Positions 47,801 to 58,118 are shown, counted from the stretch's first letter. The stretch is DNA of 64,000 nt from Verrucomicrobiota bacterium (GCA_047947115.1 CP170459.1:5024001-5088000); one strand, 5' to 3'. Made by a program: numbers and translations. The notes: generated from the letters alone by a model not told the origin.

Positions 47801-48481
47801 GAAATTCGGGGAGCCGGCAATTTGCTGGGATCCCAGCAAAGCGGCCACATCACGGCCATTGGGTTCGATCTGTATTGTCAACTGCTGAAACAAAGCATCA
47901 GTTCCCTGCGCGGGGAAAAAATTCCGCCACGTGTTGAGGTCAAAATCGACTTTGACTTTCTGATGATGAATCCTGGAGAAACGGACACCTCCCAACAATC
48001 CACCGAACCAAAACCGGGCCGACGCAAAAAGCAATCCGATTTCGAAATTTCAGTACCTCGAGAAACTGCAGTGTACATTGAGACTCACGGAGACGATGAT
48101 CTGGAAGCCCCCACGGCCAGGACGGCTCCCAAAGAACCCTGTTACTTGCCTTTGAATTACGTCACCGAACCGCAGCAACGTATCGAGTTCTATCGCAAAT
48201 TTGCCGAAGTCAACAACACGGAATCGCTGCAATCCATCAAAAACGAGCTCCGAGATCGTTTTGGTCCGCTGCCCGATCCAGTGGAACGACTGATACTGGT
48301 CAGTGATCTGAAGTGGAAGGCCTTTCTCAAGAACATTTCCGAAATAGCCACCCAGCAGGACAAACTCAAAATCATGCGCAACGGTCAATGGGTCATGATG
48401 AACGGCAAATTCCCTCGCCTGACTCGCAAAACAGCCACAGCCAGATTGAATGAAATCCACAAAATGGTGCAGGCTTTTTGA
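44846..48481 (+). CDS. mfd: Transcription-repair coupling factor
   Basis: RGGILDVFP, GDYVVH..HGIGRY, MDRLICGDVGFGKTE, DEEQRFG, SATPIPRT, QLRGRVGR, DLEIRGAGNLLG, TRCF domain. Start uncertain. Confidence 0.96.
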   Translation: MNGASVSTSHQNFSSSCHPLCNEWRNSAWWDDMIRHPGKRPFLRWTPAPIASWPFLMAGFRTTFPDRPLVLVTSGLKLQESLHQDLATWMDWFSAGTQSNTTSRPFFYPAWEHLPHEAKLPHADVISERLETLTALLRWQADPLDSPAPVIVTTIQALMQRTFEPDALQDCLRTLRVGDILDPLDLVEWLEEQAYEPEAKVTQKGEIALRGGILDVFPLNSPWPVRLEFFGDELESIRYFHPETQLTRDRINQVELPPGGELGIIKRQVESKSCDSEQAFFNLLDYLPKSSCIFDAEPVALQEAAEHYQNQIPEDDPFFLDWYGLQSRLNQSGWMRIELKEADAEWSDTTDVPSPTHDDQGIELNPDLESMEVYRPLGDHRPEAHIVEKQRMDFLEQMHRWLRKGHTVLVVCNNEGESQRFQEIWEETGFKDKSVESGNLSLLTGSLGRGFVADQLGCVVVTDAEIFGRYKVQRPRRLKSPHAAAAKSILQIDFADLEDGDYVVHLQHGIGRYIGLQRLPPVGSTATPGNDENGPEFLVIEYAAKNIGDEPPKLYVPVSEAHLVSKYIGAGKGRPQLHTLGGKRWHSAKAQAEKAVRDLAGELLQIQAARASEEGHSFQRDSTWQREFESSFLYEETEDQISAINATKADMERAKPMDRLICGDVGFGKTEIAIRAAFKAVMDGRQVAILVPTTVLAQQHYNTLAERMADYPVRVELLSRFQKPKQTRKVIQDLATGSVDIVVGTHKLIQKDVTFKDLGLVVIDEEQRFGVAQKEKFKLMRKLVDVLTLSATPIPRTLHLALMGARDMSTIETPPQDRLPVETIVIPFDEEAIRNALRRELNRQGQIYFLHNRVGTINTMAQRIQKLVPDARIVVGHGQMEARELESVMRTFINGEADILVSTTIIESGIDIPNANTIIIDRADRFGLSELYQLRGRVGRYKHQAYAYLLLPRHAGVLTDARKRLSAMKQYSKLGSGFKIAMRDLEIRGAGNLLGSQQSGHITAIGFDLYCQLLKQSISSLRGEKIPPRVEVKIDFDFLMMNPGETDTSQQSTEPKPGRRKKQSDFEISVPRETAVYIETHGDDDLEAPTARTAPKEPCYLPLNYVTEPQQRIEFYRKFAEVNNTESLQSIKNELRDRFGPLPDPVERLILVSDLKWKAFLKNISEIATQQDKLKIMRNGQWVMMNGKFPRLTRKTATARLNEIHKMVQAF

Positions 48482-48550
48482 ACGTCCACACCGATGGCCG
48501 GAGGGCTGATGCAAACGAATTCGCCTATTCGATTTGGAAGGTGGTCCCCG

Positions 48551-50290
48551 TCATGAATCTCCACGAATGCGCCAGGTGACCCTGCGGAGTTCTTCCAAAC
48601 AGATCCAACCTTCATGAATCTTTAAGAAGGCATTCTCACGCAAGGAACGCCAGCCAAATCTGCGGGCTTCTTCTTTAAGCCGCGTCACGGTCATCCCCTG
48701 GGCGATGGCTTCAGCCAGCTCGTCGTTCATCAAAAAGAATTCATAGATAGCGACACGCCCCCGATAACCTAATTGGGCACACTCATCGCATCCCTCACCT
48801 TTCCAGGCACGCACCTCAGCTGGATCAATGGCAAGGATCTCTGCCATTTCCATACGCAATTCATCATTGATGGCCTCATCCTGAACTCTGCAGTTCGGGC
48901 AAATCCTCCGAGCCAGCCGCTGCGCAACCGAAGCCACCAAGGAAGAACCGATCAAGTGCGGATCCATGTTCATCCCCAACAATCGAGACAACACACCAAT
49001 GCTGTCGTTGGCATGCAATGTCGACAAAACCAAGTGTCCTGTCTGGGCCGCGCGTACGGCAATTTCAGCGGTGTCCTGGTCTCGAATTTCACCGACGAGA
49101 ACAACATCTGGATCATGCCGTAACACCGACCGCAAGCCACTGGCAAAAGTCAGGCCGATATCATCACGCGTTTGGATCTGGGAAATGCCTTCCATCTGGT
49201 ATTCCACTGGATCTTCAATAGTAATGATTTTTCGTCCATCGTCATTGGCCTGGGCCAGGGCTGCGTAAAGGCTGGTGGTTTTACCTGAACCGGTTGGTCC
49301 AGTGATGAGGATGAGGCCCTGCGGCAATTGCACCATTTTGGAAAACAGCTTTTCCTGCGCAGGGTCCATTCCAAGCTGTCCCAGATCCATGAAAAGACTC
49401 TCACGCCCCAGAATGCGCAGACAGATGGTCTCACCGTGTTTGGTCGGGATGACAGACACACGCAAATCGAATTTTTCTCCCTGCGTACTCATGGTGATTC
49501 TCCCGTCATGTGGCAGTCTCTTTTCGGCGATATTAAGATCCGCCATCACTTTGAGACGGGAAACAATCGCGCCATAAAGCTGTTTCAACTGCTCCGGAAC
49601 GGGGACTTTATGAAGGATTCCGTCAATACGATACCGCAATCGAATGGCATCTCGATAGGGTTCGATGTGGATGTCGGTGGCACGCAGCTTCAAGGCTTCA
49701 TCCAGGATCTGGTCGACCAGCTTGGAAATAGCCCCGTCCTTTGGTTTGAGATCCCCCGTCGCTCCTACGTCATAAATGATCTCCTGATCAAGATCGGGGA
49801 TCTGACTTTCGGATCGCAAATGTTCGACGGTATCCGCACCCAAACCAAAGCAACGTTTGATTTCGGACTGCAAGCGACTCGGTATGGCAAGCACCACCTG
49901 GATGCGTTTTCCAAGAATCAATCGCAGATTCCCGAGTTCAATGGAACTGGGAATATCACTGAAAGCCAGGGTGATCTGGTCATCAGCTACTCGAACAGGG
50001 AGTAATTGGTAATGAAACACCAGCTTGACAGGGACGGATTTCAGCAGTTTGTCGCCGGGCTGGTAGTTCTCCAAATCGAGGTATTCAAGGTGCTCCGATT
50101 CAGCAAGCGCACGAATGGTATCCTCTTCTCCGGCCAACCCCAATTCCAGCACAGCCCTGGCGCAGCTTACCTTTCTGCGCAACTGAAAACTGCGTATTTT
50201 TTTGAGCCCTTCTTCGGTCAAGAGGCCGCGTGCCAGGAGCATGTCCGCCGCATCGGCATGACGATTGTCTATGGAATGGTTGTTCGTCAT
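48551..50290 (-). CDS. Second GspE/PilB-family ATPase
   Basis: ATDIHIEP, GPTGSGKTTS, TIEDPVE, LRHDPD, STLHAND, CxxC/CxxC. Confidence 0.92.
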   Translation of the reverse strand: MTNNHSIDNRHADAADMLLARGLLTEEGLKKIRSFQLRRKVSCARAVLELGLAGEEDTIRALAESEHLEYLDLENYQPGDKLLKSVPVKLVFHYQLLPVRVADDQITLAFSDIPSSIELGNLRLILGKRIQVVLAIPSRLQSEIKRCFGLGADTVEHLRSESQIPDLDQEIIYDVGATGDLKPKDGAISKLVDQILDEALKLRATDIHIEPYRDAIRLRYRIDGILHKVPVPEQLKQLYGAIVSRLKVMADLNIAEKRLPHDGRITMSTQGEKFDLRVSVIPTKHGETICLRILGRESLFMDLGQLGMDPAQEKLFSKMVQLPQGLILITGPTGSGKTTSLYAALAQANDDGRKIITIEDPVEYQMEGISQIQTRDDIGLTFASGLRSVLRHDPDVVLVGEIRDQDTAEIAVRAAQTGHLVLSTLHANDSIGVLSRLLGMNMDPHLIGSSLVASVAQRLARRICPNCRVQDEAINDELRMEMAEILAIDPAEVRAWKGEGCDECAQLGYRGRVAIYEFFLMNDELAEAIAQGMTVTRLKEEARRFGWRSLRENAFLKIHEGWICLEELRRVTWRIRGDS

Positions 50291-50829
50291 GGAATGGGCA
50301 CTTTTAATTGAGTGGCTTTTTTAAACGGCACTTGATGTTCCTGGTCATCCTTGCTCTTCACTTTGAGATAATCCGAACGAATCTCCAGCAAGGTAAAATC
50401 CTTGCCCAGCAGTTGGCCAGCCTGTGCAGAGGCTCTTTGGCCATCCAAGGTCACAAAGGCTTCCACAACATGTTTGGAACTTTCAAACCATCCTTGATAC
50501 AATACTTCAACCTGCTTCATGGTCGGTTTGGGAGGCGGAGCCGGTTTGGGAGGCGGTTTGAAATAATCCGTATAAAACGGATTCTTTCCACCGGACATCA
50601 CCTCAGCCACAAGGTTCCGTCCCAAATCCGGACGCTCCAGCAAAGGACGAAAAAGAGGCTCTGCTTCCCTGGCTTCCTCAGACCGAATCGGGGGCAAATC
50701 AGGCAGATCCCCTCCAAGTCGCCATCCGGCGAGCAGCGCGATGATCAACCCTGCAATGATTACCAGCAAAGACACCCACCGGTGTCTCGGCCATGCGGCA
50801 ATTGTCGTTTTCGATTCAGGGGGCACCAT
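50287..50829 (-). CDS. GspC/PilP-like bitopic protein
   Basis: TM helix, NPF motif, Pro-rich linker, beta-rich C-terminus; start set at MVPPESK. Confidence 0.6.
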   Translation of the reverse strand: MVPPESKTTIAAWPRHRWVSLLVIIAGLIIALLAGWRLGGDLPDLPPIRSEEAREAEPLFRPLLERPDLGRNLVAEVMSGGKNPFYTDYFKPPPKPAPPPKPTMKQVEVLYQGWFESSKHVVEAFVTLDGQRASAQAGQLLGKDFTLLEIRSDYLKVKSKDDQEHQVPFKKATQLKVPIP

Positions 50830-51673
50830 TGCTGTCCTCCATTGGTTTTTGATAAATAAATCCGTTGATGACAAGCTGCAATTCCACCAGGTCGGAAGGC
50901 TGGGCGACGGCTTTCTTGATGAGTATTCCCTCAACAAACAAGGCAGGTTTTTCCCAGTAAGGAACAGGCAACCCGACCGCCTCCGCTTCGGAACCGCGTA
51001 ATGGCAAGGCTCTGAGAAAACGATGCACGGCATCCATTGTCCCCTGCATCCGAATGCGAAATCTGGATGGATGCAACCGATGATGATCCCTCGAAACCAC
51101 TTCGGGATCGACCGCACGGTCCAGTGTCTGAAAATCAAAGATCTGGACCGGTTGGCACTCGATAGCCAGGGTCAAAATATACCGTGAAAAAGCGAGGTCA
51201 GCCCAGAGCAGCCGTGGTTCCGAAATAGTCACGTCATGATGCGGCAACCCGTCATAAACTCCGGCTTCAAGTGTCACTTTTTTAACGCCGGCCTCCCTTC
51301 TGAGTTGTTCTCCAAGGGTCACGAGGGCATTATCAAACTCCACCAGCTGAAAAGGTTGACTAATCTTTGCCTGATCCGTTTCAGAAAGCAGAACCCGACT
51401 GATCAGTTCGGCTTCGGCATCGGTAAACTGCGTGAATTGGGATTCCATATCCGTGGCCATCTGGTTCATGTGCTGTATATCCAATGTTGCGCCAAGTCGG
51501 TTGGTGTTGATGGCTGCTCCCAATCGCTGCCACGCTTCCTCAAGAGGACGGTTCAGCGATTTCACCTTTTGATCGACCGGGATCAGCACCACGAAATACC
51601 CCAAAATGATCAACACCACCCACAACAAAAGTGTGCGCGTATCGGACACCAAAGATTGGAACAAGGCTTTCAT
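50816..51673 (-). CDS. PilO/GspM-like protein
   Basis: N-terminal TM + coiled coil; FRIRMQG..VHRFL; operon position. Confidence 0.55.
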   Translation of the reverse strand: MKALFQSLVSDTRTLLLWVVLIILGYFVVLIPVDQKVKSLNRPLEEAWQRLGAAINTNRLGATLDIQHMNQMATDMESQFTQFTDAEAELISRVLLSETDQAKISQPFQLVEFDNALVTLGEQLRREAGVKKVTLEAGVYDGLPHHDVTISEPRLLWADLAFSRYILTLAIECQPVQIFDFQTLDRAVDPEVVSRDHHRLHPSRFRIRMQGTMDAVHRFLRALPLRGSEAEAVGLPVPYWEKPALFVEGILIKKAVAQPSDLVELQLVINGFIYQKPMEDSNGAP

Positions 51674-53502
51674 GGCTGCGAGGTCTCCATTTTCTCGCCT
51701 GCACTCCCCACTTCAGGCTTCAGTTTTCGCCATACAGGCACGATGTTGCGATCGGTTGCGCGCGGATTGGAAACTGATTCGGTCGACAAGCCTTCGTCAT
51801 CCGGAACAGGCAGTTCCAGACTGAAGGCAAAATGCTTTCCGGCAACCACAAGATTCGAATCAACCAGCATGCGTCGCGTATCTCCCGGAAGGATGTCGGC
51901 ATTTTGCAGATACTCTCTCGATTTGAGAAATCCCACAATTTCTTCCAGCTCATTTCGCATGGCTTCGCCGCTGGAATTCAAGACGGTCTCAACAATAAAA
52001 CCACGTTTGAAAGGAATCTGGTTGGTCGGGACTGGGGCAAAGGTATTCGTACTCGACACCGGATTCGTACGCGCCGTCTCGTCTCCCATGTAGTAGGACT
52101 GCTTGTCGGCCAGCAAGACCATCCAGCCTTGGTAATTGGTTCGGATCTCCTGCATCGCCCCAAGCACATCCAGAGTGGCCAGTGTGTGCTGCTCGGCTTC
52201 TATGATTGGACGCAACATTTTGTATTCTTCCTTCAGCCCCTGCAACACAAGAAGACTCTGATCAAATCGTCCTTCAATGGCATCCACAGCTTCGATCAAT
52301 TCCGCCTTGGCTCTCCAAAGCATGGCTTTCTGCACAACGGCCACCCCCATCACCACGATAGCAAGAACACAGCTCAGGAATGCCAAAGAGCGAAGCACCA
52401 GATTGATCTGCTTTTCGTTCCATGAACACTTGACCGCCTCAGGAAGCAAGGAAGGCACATCCATGGCCCGATGATGTACAGCCTGAAACCCACCCCAATG
52501 TTTTCTCTCCTGACTTGTCAGATTTGGCATGGAATCCCCCCACACCTTGGACGTTTGGAGAGGTTCCAATCCCAACACCGATCGGGCTGCCTCCGCCCAG
52601 GCATCCTGCACTTCAGGTGACGCTATCAGCATGACAGGGCAATCAATGGATCGCACCTGGTTTTCCTTGCGCAGGGACACGCGATACTCCTGCCAAGCGC
52701 GCTGAATATCCCTACCCCATTCGGCGGCTATTTTTGGGATGCCGTTGATAGTGCGTTGTAAGGCAACTTCGCTGCCGACCGATGACCCCGGGCCTATCCG
52801 GATGGGACCCGAAGCCCGCCACCCCTGCTCCCGCGCCATACCGTCACCCACAGGAAAAAACGATGTATAGTGAGGATAATGACCATCGAAAAACGCAACT
52901 GCTGTTCCCCCTTCGCAAACCTCGACCAGCATCCACTCTCCCTGTTGGCAGCCATCAGTCCGAATGGATGCAAAAAAAGCATCCATACTTCCGATCACAT
53001 CACAGATAGCGACATCGAAGAGTCCGAAATCACGAATAATCTTTCGGATTTCCGTTTCCTGACAATAGGTGATCCAGTAAGCGGATATGTCGGGCTGACG
53101 GGATGGAATTTCCTCGTAATCTATGACAATCTGGCTCTCACCCAACCCTACCAGACGCTCAGTTTGTTCCTGCAGCCGGTCTTCGAGCTGATCGGATTCG
53201 GAGACCTTGAGGGACATCCACTGGGAGATGGTCGCCTGATGAGGCAACAGGATGATCCACGACTCATCTTTGTGCCGTCCAACAAAGCGCTCCCAATCGG
53301 TCGCGTCCTCGTTGCCGGCACCCGAGTCCGCATCAGAGTCCAGGTCAAAACGATGCGAGTCCCTGAGGATGGGTCCACGAAGCGTCTCTTCAAAAACCAC
53401 CACATGCGCCGAATCGGATTCCGGCGCAAGGACAATCCACCGGCGGTTGCGCCAAATGAGTTGTTTGAGCCCCGTGATCATATGCATCGAGGCCAGGCTC
53501 AC
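51670..53502 (-). CDS. PilM/PilN (GspL)-like fusion protein
   Basis: Large cytoplasmic domain, SLLP motif, TM helix, periplasmic domain; coupled between the secretin and the PilO-like gene. Confidence 0.6.
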   Translation of the reverse strand: MSLASMHMITGLKQLIWRNRRWIVLAPESDSAHVVVFEETLRGPILRDSHRFDLDSDADSGAGNEDATDWERFVGRHKDESWIILLPHQATISQWMSLKVSESDQLEDRLQEQTERLVGLGESQIVIDYEEIPSRQPDISAYWITYCQETEIRKIIRDFGLFDVAICDVIGSMDAFFASIRTDGCQQGEWMLVEVCEGGTAVAFFDGHYPHYTSFFPVGDGMAREQGWRASGPIRIGPGSSVGSEVALQRTINGIPKIAAEWGRDIQRAWQEYRVSLRKENQVRSIDCPVMLIASPEVQDAWAEAARSVLGLEPLQTSKVWGDSMPNLTSQERKHWGGFQAVHHRAMDVPSLLPEAVKCSWNEKQINLVLRSLAFLSCVLAIVVMGVAVVQKAMLWRAKAELIEAVDAIEGRFDQSLLVLQGLKEEYKMLRPIIEAEQHTLATLDVLGAMQEIRTNYQGWMVLLADKQSYYMGDETARTNPVSSTNTFAPVPTNQIPFKRGFIVETVLNSSGEAMRNELEEIVGFLKSREYLQNADILPGDTRRMLVDSNLVVAGKHFAFSLELPVPDDEGLSTESVSNPRATDRNIVPVWRKLKPEVGSAGEKMETSQP

Positions 53503-55508
53503 CGAGGCGTATGCAAGGACAAAGGTTCACCTTCGGCGATCTCGTTGAAGCGGAGAAATTCACCGGTTTCGGACAACAAGGTCGCAGTGACGAAGATTAA
53601 CAAATAACGTGGTTTGTCAATTTCAGTGCGACGACGAAATGCGGAACCAATCAGAGGAATCTTACCCAGAATGGGCACCGCTTCCACAAACGTGGATTGC
53701 TCTCTTTCCAGCACCCCACCCATCACGACGGTTTGACCGGATTGAACAATGACACGCGTGGCCAGGGATTGGGTTCGGGATTGAGGGAGACGAATTTCAA
53801 AACTGTTCCCGGAAGCATCTGAAACTGTCGCGAAAGGAACCAGTTCGACGTCCTGATTCACTTCGGGGCTGAGAGCCAGATAGATGGACTGACCGTCCCC
53901 ACCAATGCTGGCGAGCACATCCAGGGTCACTCCGGAAGTGATCTGCTTGGGGCTGCCTTTAGGAACAAGTGAAGAGACTATGTTTCGTTCGTTGATGGTC
54001 TGAGTTATGGTATATTCTTCGTAATAATACTGTACCTTGCCATCAGAAATCGTGGCGGGGAGATTGTTAACCAAGGTCAGCCGGGGCGCGCTCAGTGTCT
54101 GGGTTTCCCCTTCCTGCTCCAGAGCGGTAAGTGTCACACTCAGATTATCACGATCAAGGATATTGGTAAACGTTTCCTGCAATCCAAGCCCAACATTTTC
54201 AGGGCCGAATCCCAGGAAATCTTCAGATGTACGCCCTTCAGAGGCAGGGTTGCGTCCTGTCTCCCAAAGCGCTCCCAACTGAAGGAAAGCCGCTTCTGAA
54301 ACGGTGATGAAACGTGCTTCGATCAATACCTGCTGCAAATGCCGGTCGTACTCCTCAATAATCCGCTCCAACACGTCCAGCTGCTCACGTGTCCCGGTTG
54401 CCAGAATGATGTTGCGCTCATAGTCGATTTCGTGATCAGAACCTTTGAAAAACTTCTTAATGGCGTTTTCAATGGAGGGTGCCCCTCCCGCACCATCGCG
54501 CACAAAAGTCCGGGCTTTTTGAGTCGTGACCGTGGTCACTGTGCCATCTTTGGCGCGGGTTTCCGTCTTGGTCACTTCATCCGCTCCGAAAATTGCCGGC
54601 AGGATGAATCCTTTTCGAAGCCGATAAATGCGTGTTTCTTCAATGGTCTTGGTGGCATCCTTGCCGTCAACAATCCAGATCAGATCATCACCGACCTGAA
54701 ACTGAAGGTCGAAATTACGGGAAACGTAATCCAGAAACTCACCCAGCCTGACGTTGTCGAAATTGATGCTCAGTTTCTGTTTAAAAGCGGCAAGTGAACG
54801 ATCGGCAACGAAATTGATATCTTCTTTGTCCCCGATCTGGAAGATGATGGTTTCCAGATCGACATCATCCATCTTGACGGATATTTCTTTGTCCAGCTCC
54901 CTGGCCATACGTCCTTGCTGACTCTTGAAATCGAACATTTCACTGCGACGGATAATCGTCTTTGTCTTGTTATATGTTTCTGGAACATAAGGTGTGGCTT
55001 CAATCTCCTGAACTGCATCTCGCAAATCCTTGCGGGGAGGCAGTCCTCTGTCGGTCTGTTCGGTGACCAATGATTTCAGGGTTGGACTGAATACAGAATT
55101 CTTGGAGTCGATCTGGCGAATCTTGTCCTCCAATGCCTGGTCCCGTAGGATTTGAGCTTGTTTGGAGACCCACCGATATACACGTTCCACAGAAGGATCC
55201 ATGGGACCGGGGCTGGCGCTTTCCCGGTTATACACTTCTCCAGCCATAACTTCTGCCTCCTCCCAGTGGCCCTTATTGGCCAGTTCAAAGATCTTTTTGA
55301 ACTCCGCATCATAGGTTTTGTTATAAGTCGTGTCCTCAAGCACGATCTCATCCGCATTCGAAGTTGTTCCTGGGTTTTCCTGATTCGGTGATTCGCTTGA
55401 AACCGTGGCAGAAGCCGGTTCCGGGCCCGATTTGGGTTTGGATTTACAACTACTGAGAACCAGAACCGCCAGCAGGACGGAGCTTCCCAGCCAAATAGGA
55501 CGCATCAT
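53499..55508 (-). CDS. Second secretin, probable lipoprotein
   Basis: VLSSC lipobox after MMRP; QVLIEARFI, LSAPRL, SGQTVVMGG, VPILGKIPLIGSAFR. Confidence 0.9.
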   Translation of the reverse strand: MMRPIWLGSSVLLAVLVLSSCKSKPKSGPEPASATVSSESPNQENPGTTSNADEIVLEDTTYNKTYDAEFKKIFELANKGHWEEAEVMAGEVYNRESASPGPMDPSVERVYRWVSKQAQILRDQALEDKIRQIDSKNSVFSPTLKSLVTEQTDRGLPPRKDLRDAVQEIEATPYVPETYNKTKTIIRRSEMFDFKSQQGRMARELDKEISVKMDDVDLETIIFQIGDKEDINFVADRSLAAFKQKLSINFDNVRLGEFLDYVSRNFDLQFQVGDDLIWIVDGKDATKTIEETRIYRLRKGFILPAIFGADEVTKTETRAKDGTVTTVTTQKARTFVRDGAGGAPSIENAIKKFFKGSDHEIDYERNIILATGTREQLDVLERIIEEYDRHLQQVLIEARFITVSEAAFLQLGALWETGRNPASEGRTSEDFLGFGPENVGLGLQETFTNILDRDNLSVTLTALEQEGETQTLSAPRLTLVNNLPATISDGKVQYYYEEYTITQTINERNIVSSLVPKGSPKQITSGVTLDVLASIGGDGQSIYLALSPEVNQDVELVPFATVSDASGNSFEIRLPQSRTQSLATRVIVQSGQTVVMGGVLEREQSTFVEAVPILGKIPLIGSAFRRRTEIDKPRYLLIFVTATLLSETGEFLRFNEIAEGEPLSLHTPR

Positions 55509-55802
55509 AAATCGGGCTAAAACGACACAAATCCTCCTCCCGATGCCGGAGGTTCGCCGGCGAAGCTGGCAATCAAAATGTGTTCGCGTTCGATCCAAAA
55601 CAATTATTCTAATAAGTTGATCCCTGCCACTACCTGGAAAGGATTCGGTCTCCCGGGCAAAGTGTTTCGATGCACAGCAATTGCTCCGTATTCAATACAA
55701 TGGATGCTATCATCCCCAAATTAGCATCTTACAATATGAATCAAATCGCGTGAAAAGCAAATTTGAATTCGACAAGCAAGGGAGGAACGGAGCCCAAACG
55801 AA

Positions 55803-56741
55803 TCAGTGGGTCCGTTTCAGAAGGTATTCTGCAATGGCGTGCAAGGCTTTGGCTTTGCCTCGAAATGGAGCCAGAGACTGGAAGGCATTCTCGGTTAATT
55901 TGGCCGCTATTTTCCGGGATCGATCCAGACCGATCAACGCCGGATAGGTCGCCTTGTGGGATGCCTCATCTTTGCCGGCCGTTTTTCCAAGGTGCTCACT
56001 GGTCTGGGTAACGTCCAGAATGTCATCGATCACTTGAAACGCCAGCCCCACATTGTAACCGAATTCGGACAAAGCCTTCAATTGGACCGGCGTGCAGTTC
56101 GCGCTCATTCCACCCAGGCGAACCGAACACATGAGCAAGGCAGCCGTTTTGCATTCATGAATGTATTTGAGACGCTGCAAAGTGGTTTTCTGGCCTTCAG
56201 CCTCGGCATCCGCCACTTGACCGGCAATCAGTTCCCTTGATCCAGAGGCTTTGACCACCTCCAGAATCGCGTCTTTGAGCGAGTAACGCCTGGTTGGCGC
56301 AAAATCTGCAGCCATCTCAAATGCGTGCGTCAACAACGCATCCCCCGCCAATACGGCAATGGCCTCTCCAAACACCTTGTGATTGGTCGGTTTCCCCCGC
56401 CTCAGATCGTCATTATCCATGGCCGGAAGATCATCATGGATCAATGAATAGGTATGAATGCATTCCACGGCACATGCGGAAGACATGGTTGCCCCCCAAT
56501 CCCCACCGCACGCATCTGCCGCAGCCAAACACAAAGCGGGCCGCATGCGCTTACCTCCAGCAAAAATGGAATAGCGCATGGCGCGGTGGATGGTGGCAGG
56601 CTTCGTGCGGGCACTGGGCAAATAGGCATCCAAAGCACAGTCCACAGCACAACTTGCCCGATCCAAATAACGATTCAGATCGAACAAATCCTCGGACTTG
56701 CTCAATGAACTCACCTGACTTGTGCCTTTCCTGGTTGGCAT
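55803..56741 (-). CDS. ispA: Polyprenyl (FPP/GGPP) synthase
   Basis: GGKRMRP, SLIHDDLPAMDNDDLRRG, KTAAL, FQVIDDILD, GKTAGKD. Confidence 0.92.
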   Translation of the reverse strand: MPTRKGTSQVSSLSKSEDLFDLNRYLDRASCAVDCALDAYLPSARTKPATIHRAMRYSIFAGGKRMRPALCLAAADACGGDWGATMSSACAVECIHTYSLIHDDLPAMDNDDLRRGKPTNHKVFGEAIAVLAGDALLTHAFEMAADFAPTRRYSLKDAILEVVKASGSRELIAGQVADAEAEGQKTTLQRLKYIHECKTAALLMCSVRLGGMSANCTPVQLKALSEFGYNVGLAFQVIDDILDVTQTSEHLGKTAGKDEASHKATYPALIGLDRSRKIAAKLTENAFQSLAPFRGKAKALHAIAEYLLKRTH

Positions 56742-56983
56742 GTGGGATTAAGTAAAACTAGGAATGAGCCAACTTCAAGCCTGAAACGCAACTCAAAAAT
56801 TTTGAAGTTGCTACTTATCAGGCGAATGATACGCAAAGTGCCCCTCCAAATGCGATTTCCGGATGATCGCCCGGCTTTGCCTTTCGATAGATTCCAAACA
56901 TCCGGCAGGAACCGGACAGCACGGTCGTACCGGAAAAGTGTTTTGCAAATAGTTGAACGGGAATCTAAGCTCATCAAACAGCT

Positions 56984-57997
56984 ATGCCAAAGCTAGAAAT
57001 CAAAACGCTCTTTTGTGCAATCACCTTGGGTTGTTCACTTTTCATCTACCAATCAGTCCCAGCCCAATCCACAGTCACCCCCCAAGCACCTCCCCCACTC
57101 TGGAGCGAAGTTTCGGGAACGATACAGTTGCAGATTCCATCCACATTCGATGGTTCATTACAACATGCCATCTGGAATCCAGCCAAATCCCCCACGGCAC
57201 CTCGTCCGCTGCTAGTCGCATTGCACAGTTGGTCCGGTGATTTCAAACAATCCAGTGGTGTGGACTACCTTCACGAAGCAAAAGAGCGCGACTGGCATTT
57301 CATTCACCCGGATTTTCGAGGCATGAACAATCGTCCGGCCGCGACCTGCTCCGATCTGGTGGTCAGCGATATCCTTGATTCGGTCACTTATGCACAATCG
57401 ATCGCCCAGGTGGATCCCCGGCGCATCTACCTCGTGGGGGCCTCCGGTGGTGGCATGGCTTCACTCATGCTGGCAGCCAAGGCACCGGACGTCTGGGCGG
57501 CAGTTTCGGCCTGGGTTCCGATTTCAGATTTGAGGCGTTGGCATCACGAGACCGGAACGCGTCATTTGCGCTACAAAGACATGATTGAATCCTCCTGCGG
57601 AGGAGCACCGGGAAAAAACATTTCCGTTGATTTCCAATACTGGAATCGTTCACCCATCACCTTTATGGAAAAAGCCCGAGCGGTTCATCTGGATATCAAC
57701 ACCGGCATCATGGACGGCCACACAGGCAGTGTTCCGGTGGGTCACTCCCTCAGAGCTTTCAATGAATTGGCAGCGCCAAAAAAGCAATTCAGCGAAGAAC
57801 ACATCCGTCAAATGGAAGAAAACAAAACCATCCCAAATGCGTTAAGAACAGCCGTAGAACAAGATCCATCCTACGGCGACAAGCAACCCCTGCTGCGCCG
57901 CAGCTCCGGCAAAGCTAGAATCACGGTGTTTGACGGAACCCACGAAATCATCGTCGAAGCCGCTATGCAATGGCTAGAATCAAAGCAGAAAGAATAA
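56984..57997 (+). CDS. Exported alpha/beta hydrolase (S9-like)
   Basis: Signal peptide; LVALHSWSG, GASGGG nucleophile, DGH, FDGTHE. Confidence 0.82.
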   Translation: MPKLEIKTLFCAITLGCSLFIYQSVPAQSTVTPQAPPPLWSEVSGTIQLQIPSTFDGSLQHAIWNPAKSPTAPRPLLVALHSWSGDFKQSSGVDYLHEAKERDWHFIHPDFRGMNNRPAATCSDLVVSDILDSVTYAQSIAQVDPRRIYLVGASGGGMASLMLAAKAPDVWAAVSAWVPISDLRRWHHETGTRHLRYKDMIESSCGGAPGKNISVDFQYWNRSPITFMEKARAVHLDINTGIMDGHTGSVPVGHSLRAFNELAAPKKQFSEEHIRQMEENKTIPNALRTAVEQDPSYGDKQPLLRRSSGKARITVFDGTHEIIVEAAMQWLESKQKE

Positions 57998-58118
57998 CAT
58001 CAGCCGGTAGTGCGTCAGAGAAATAGTTCCACAAATCCGACGCAAGACATTGTGTGAGTTTCAACACTGCGTTATGATACGGGCTACTTGCAGTAAGGAG
58101 CAACCAACAAAAACCAAC

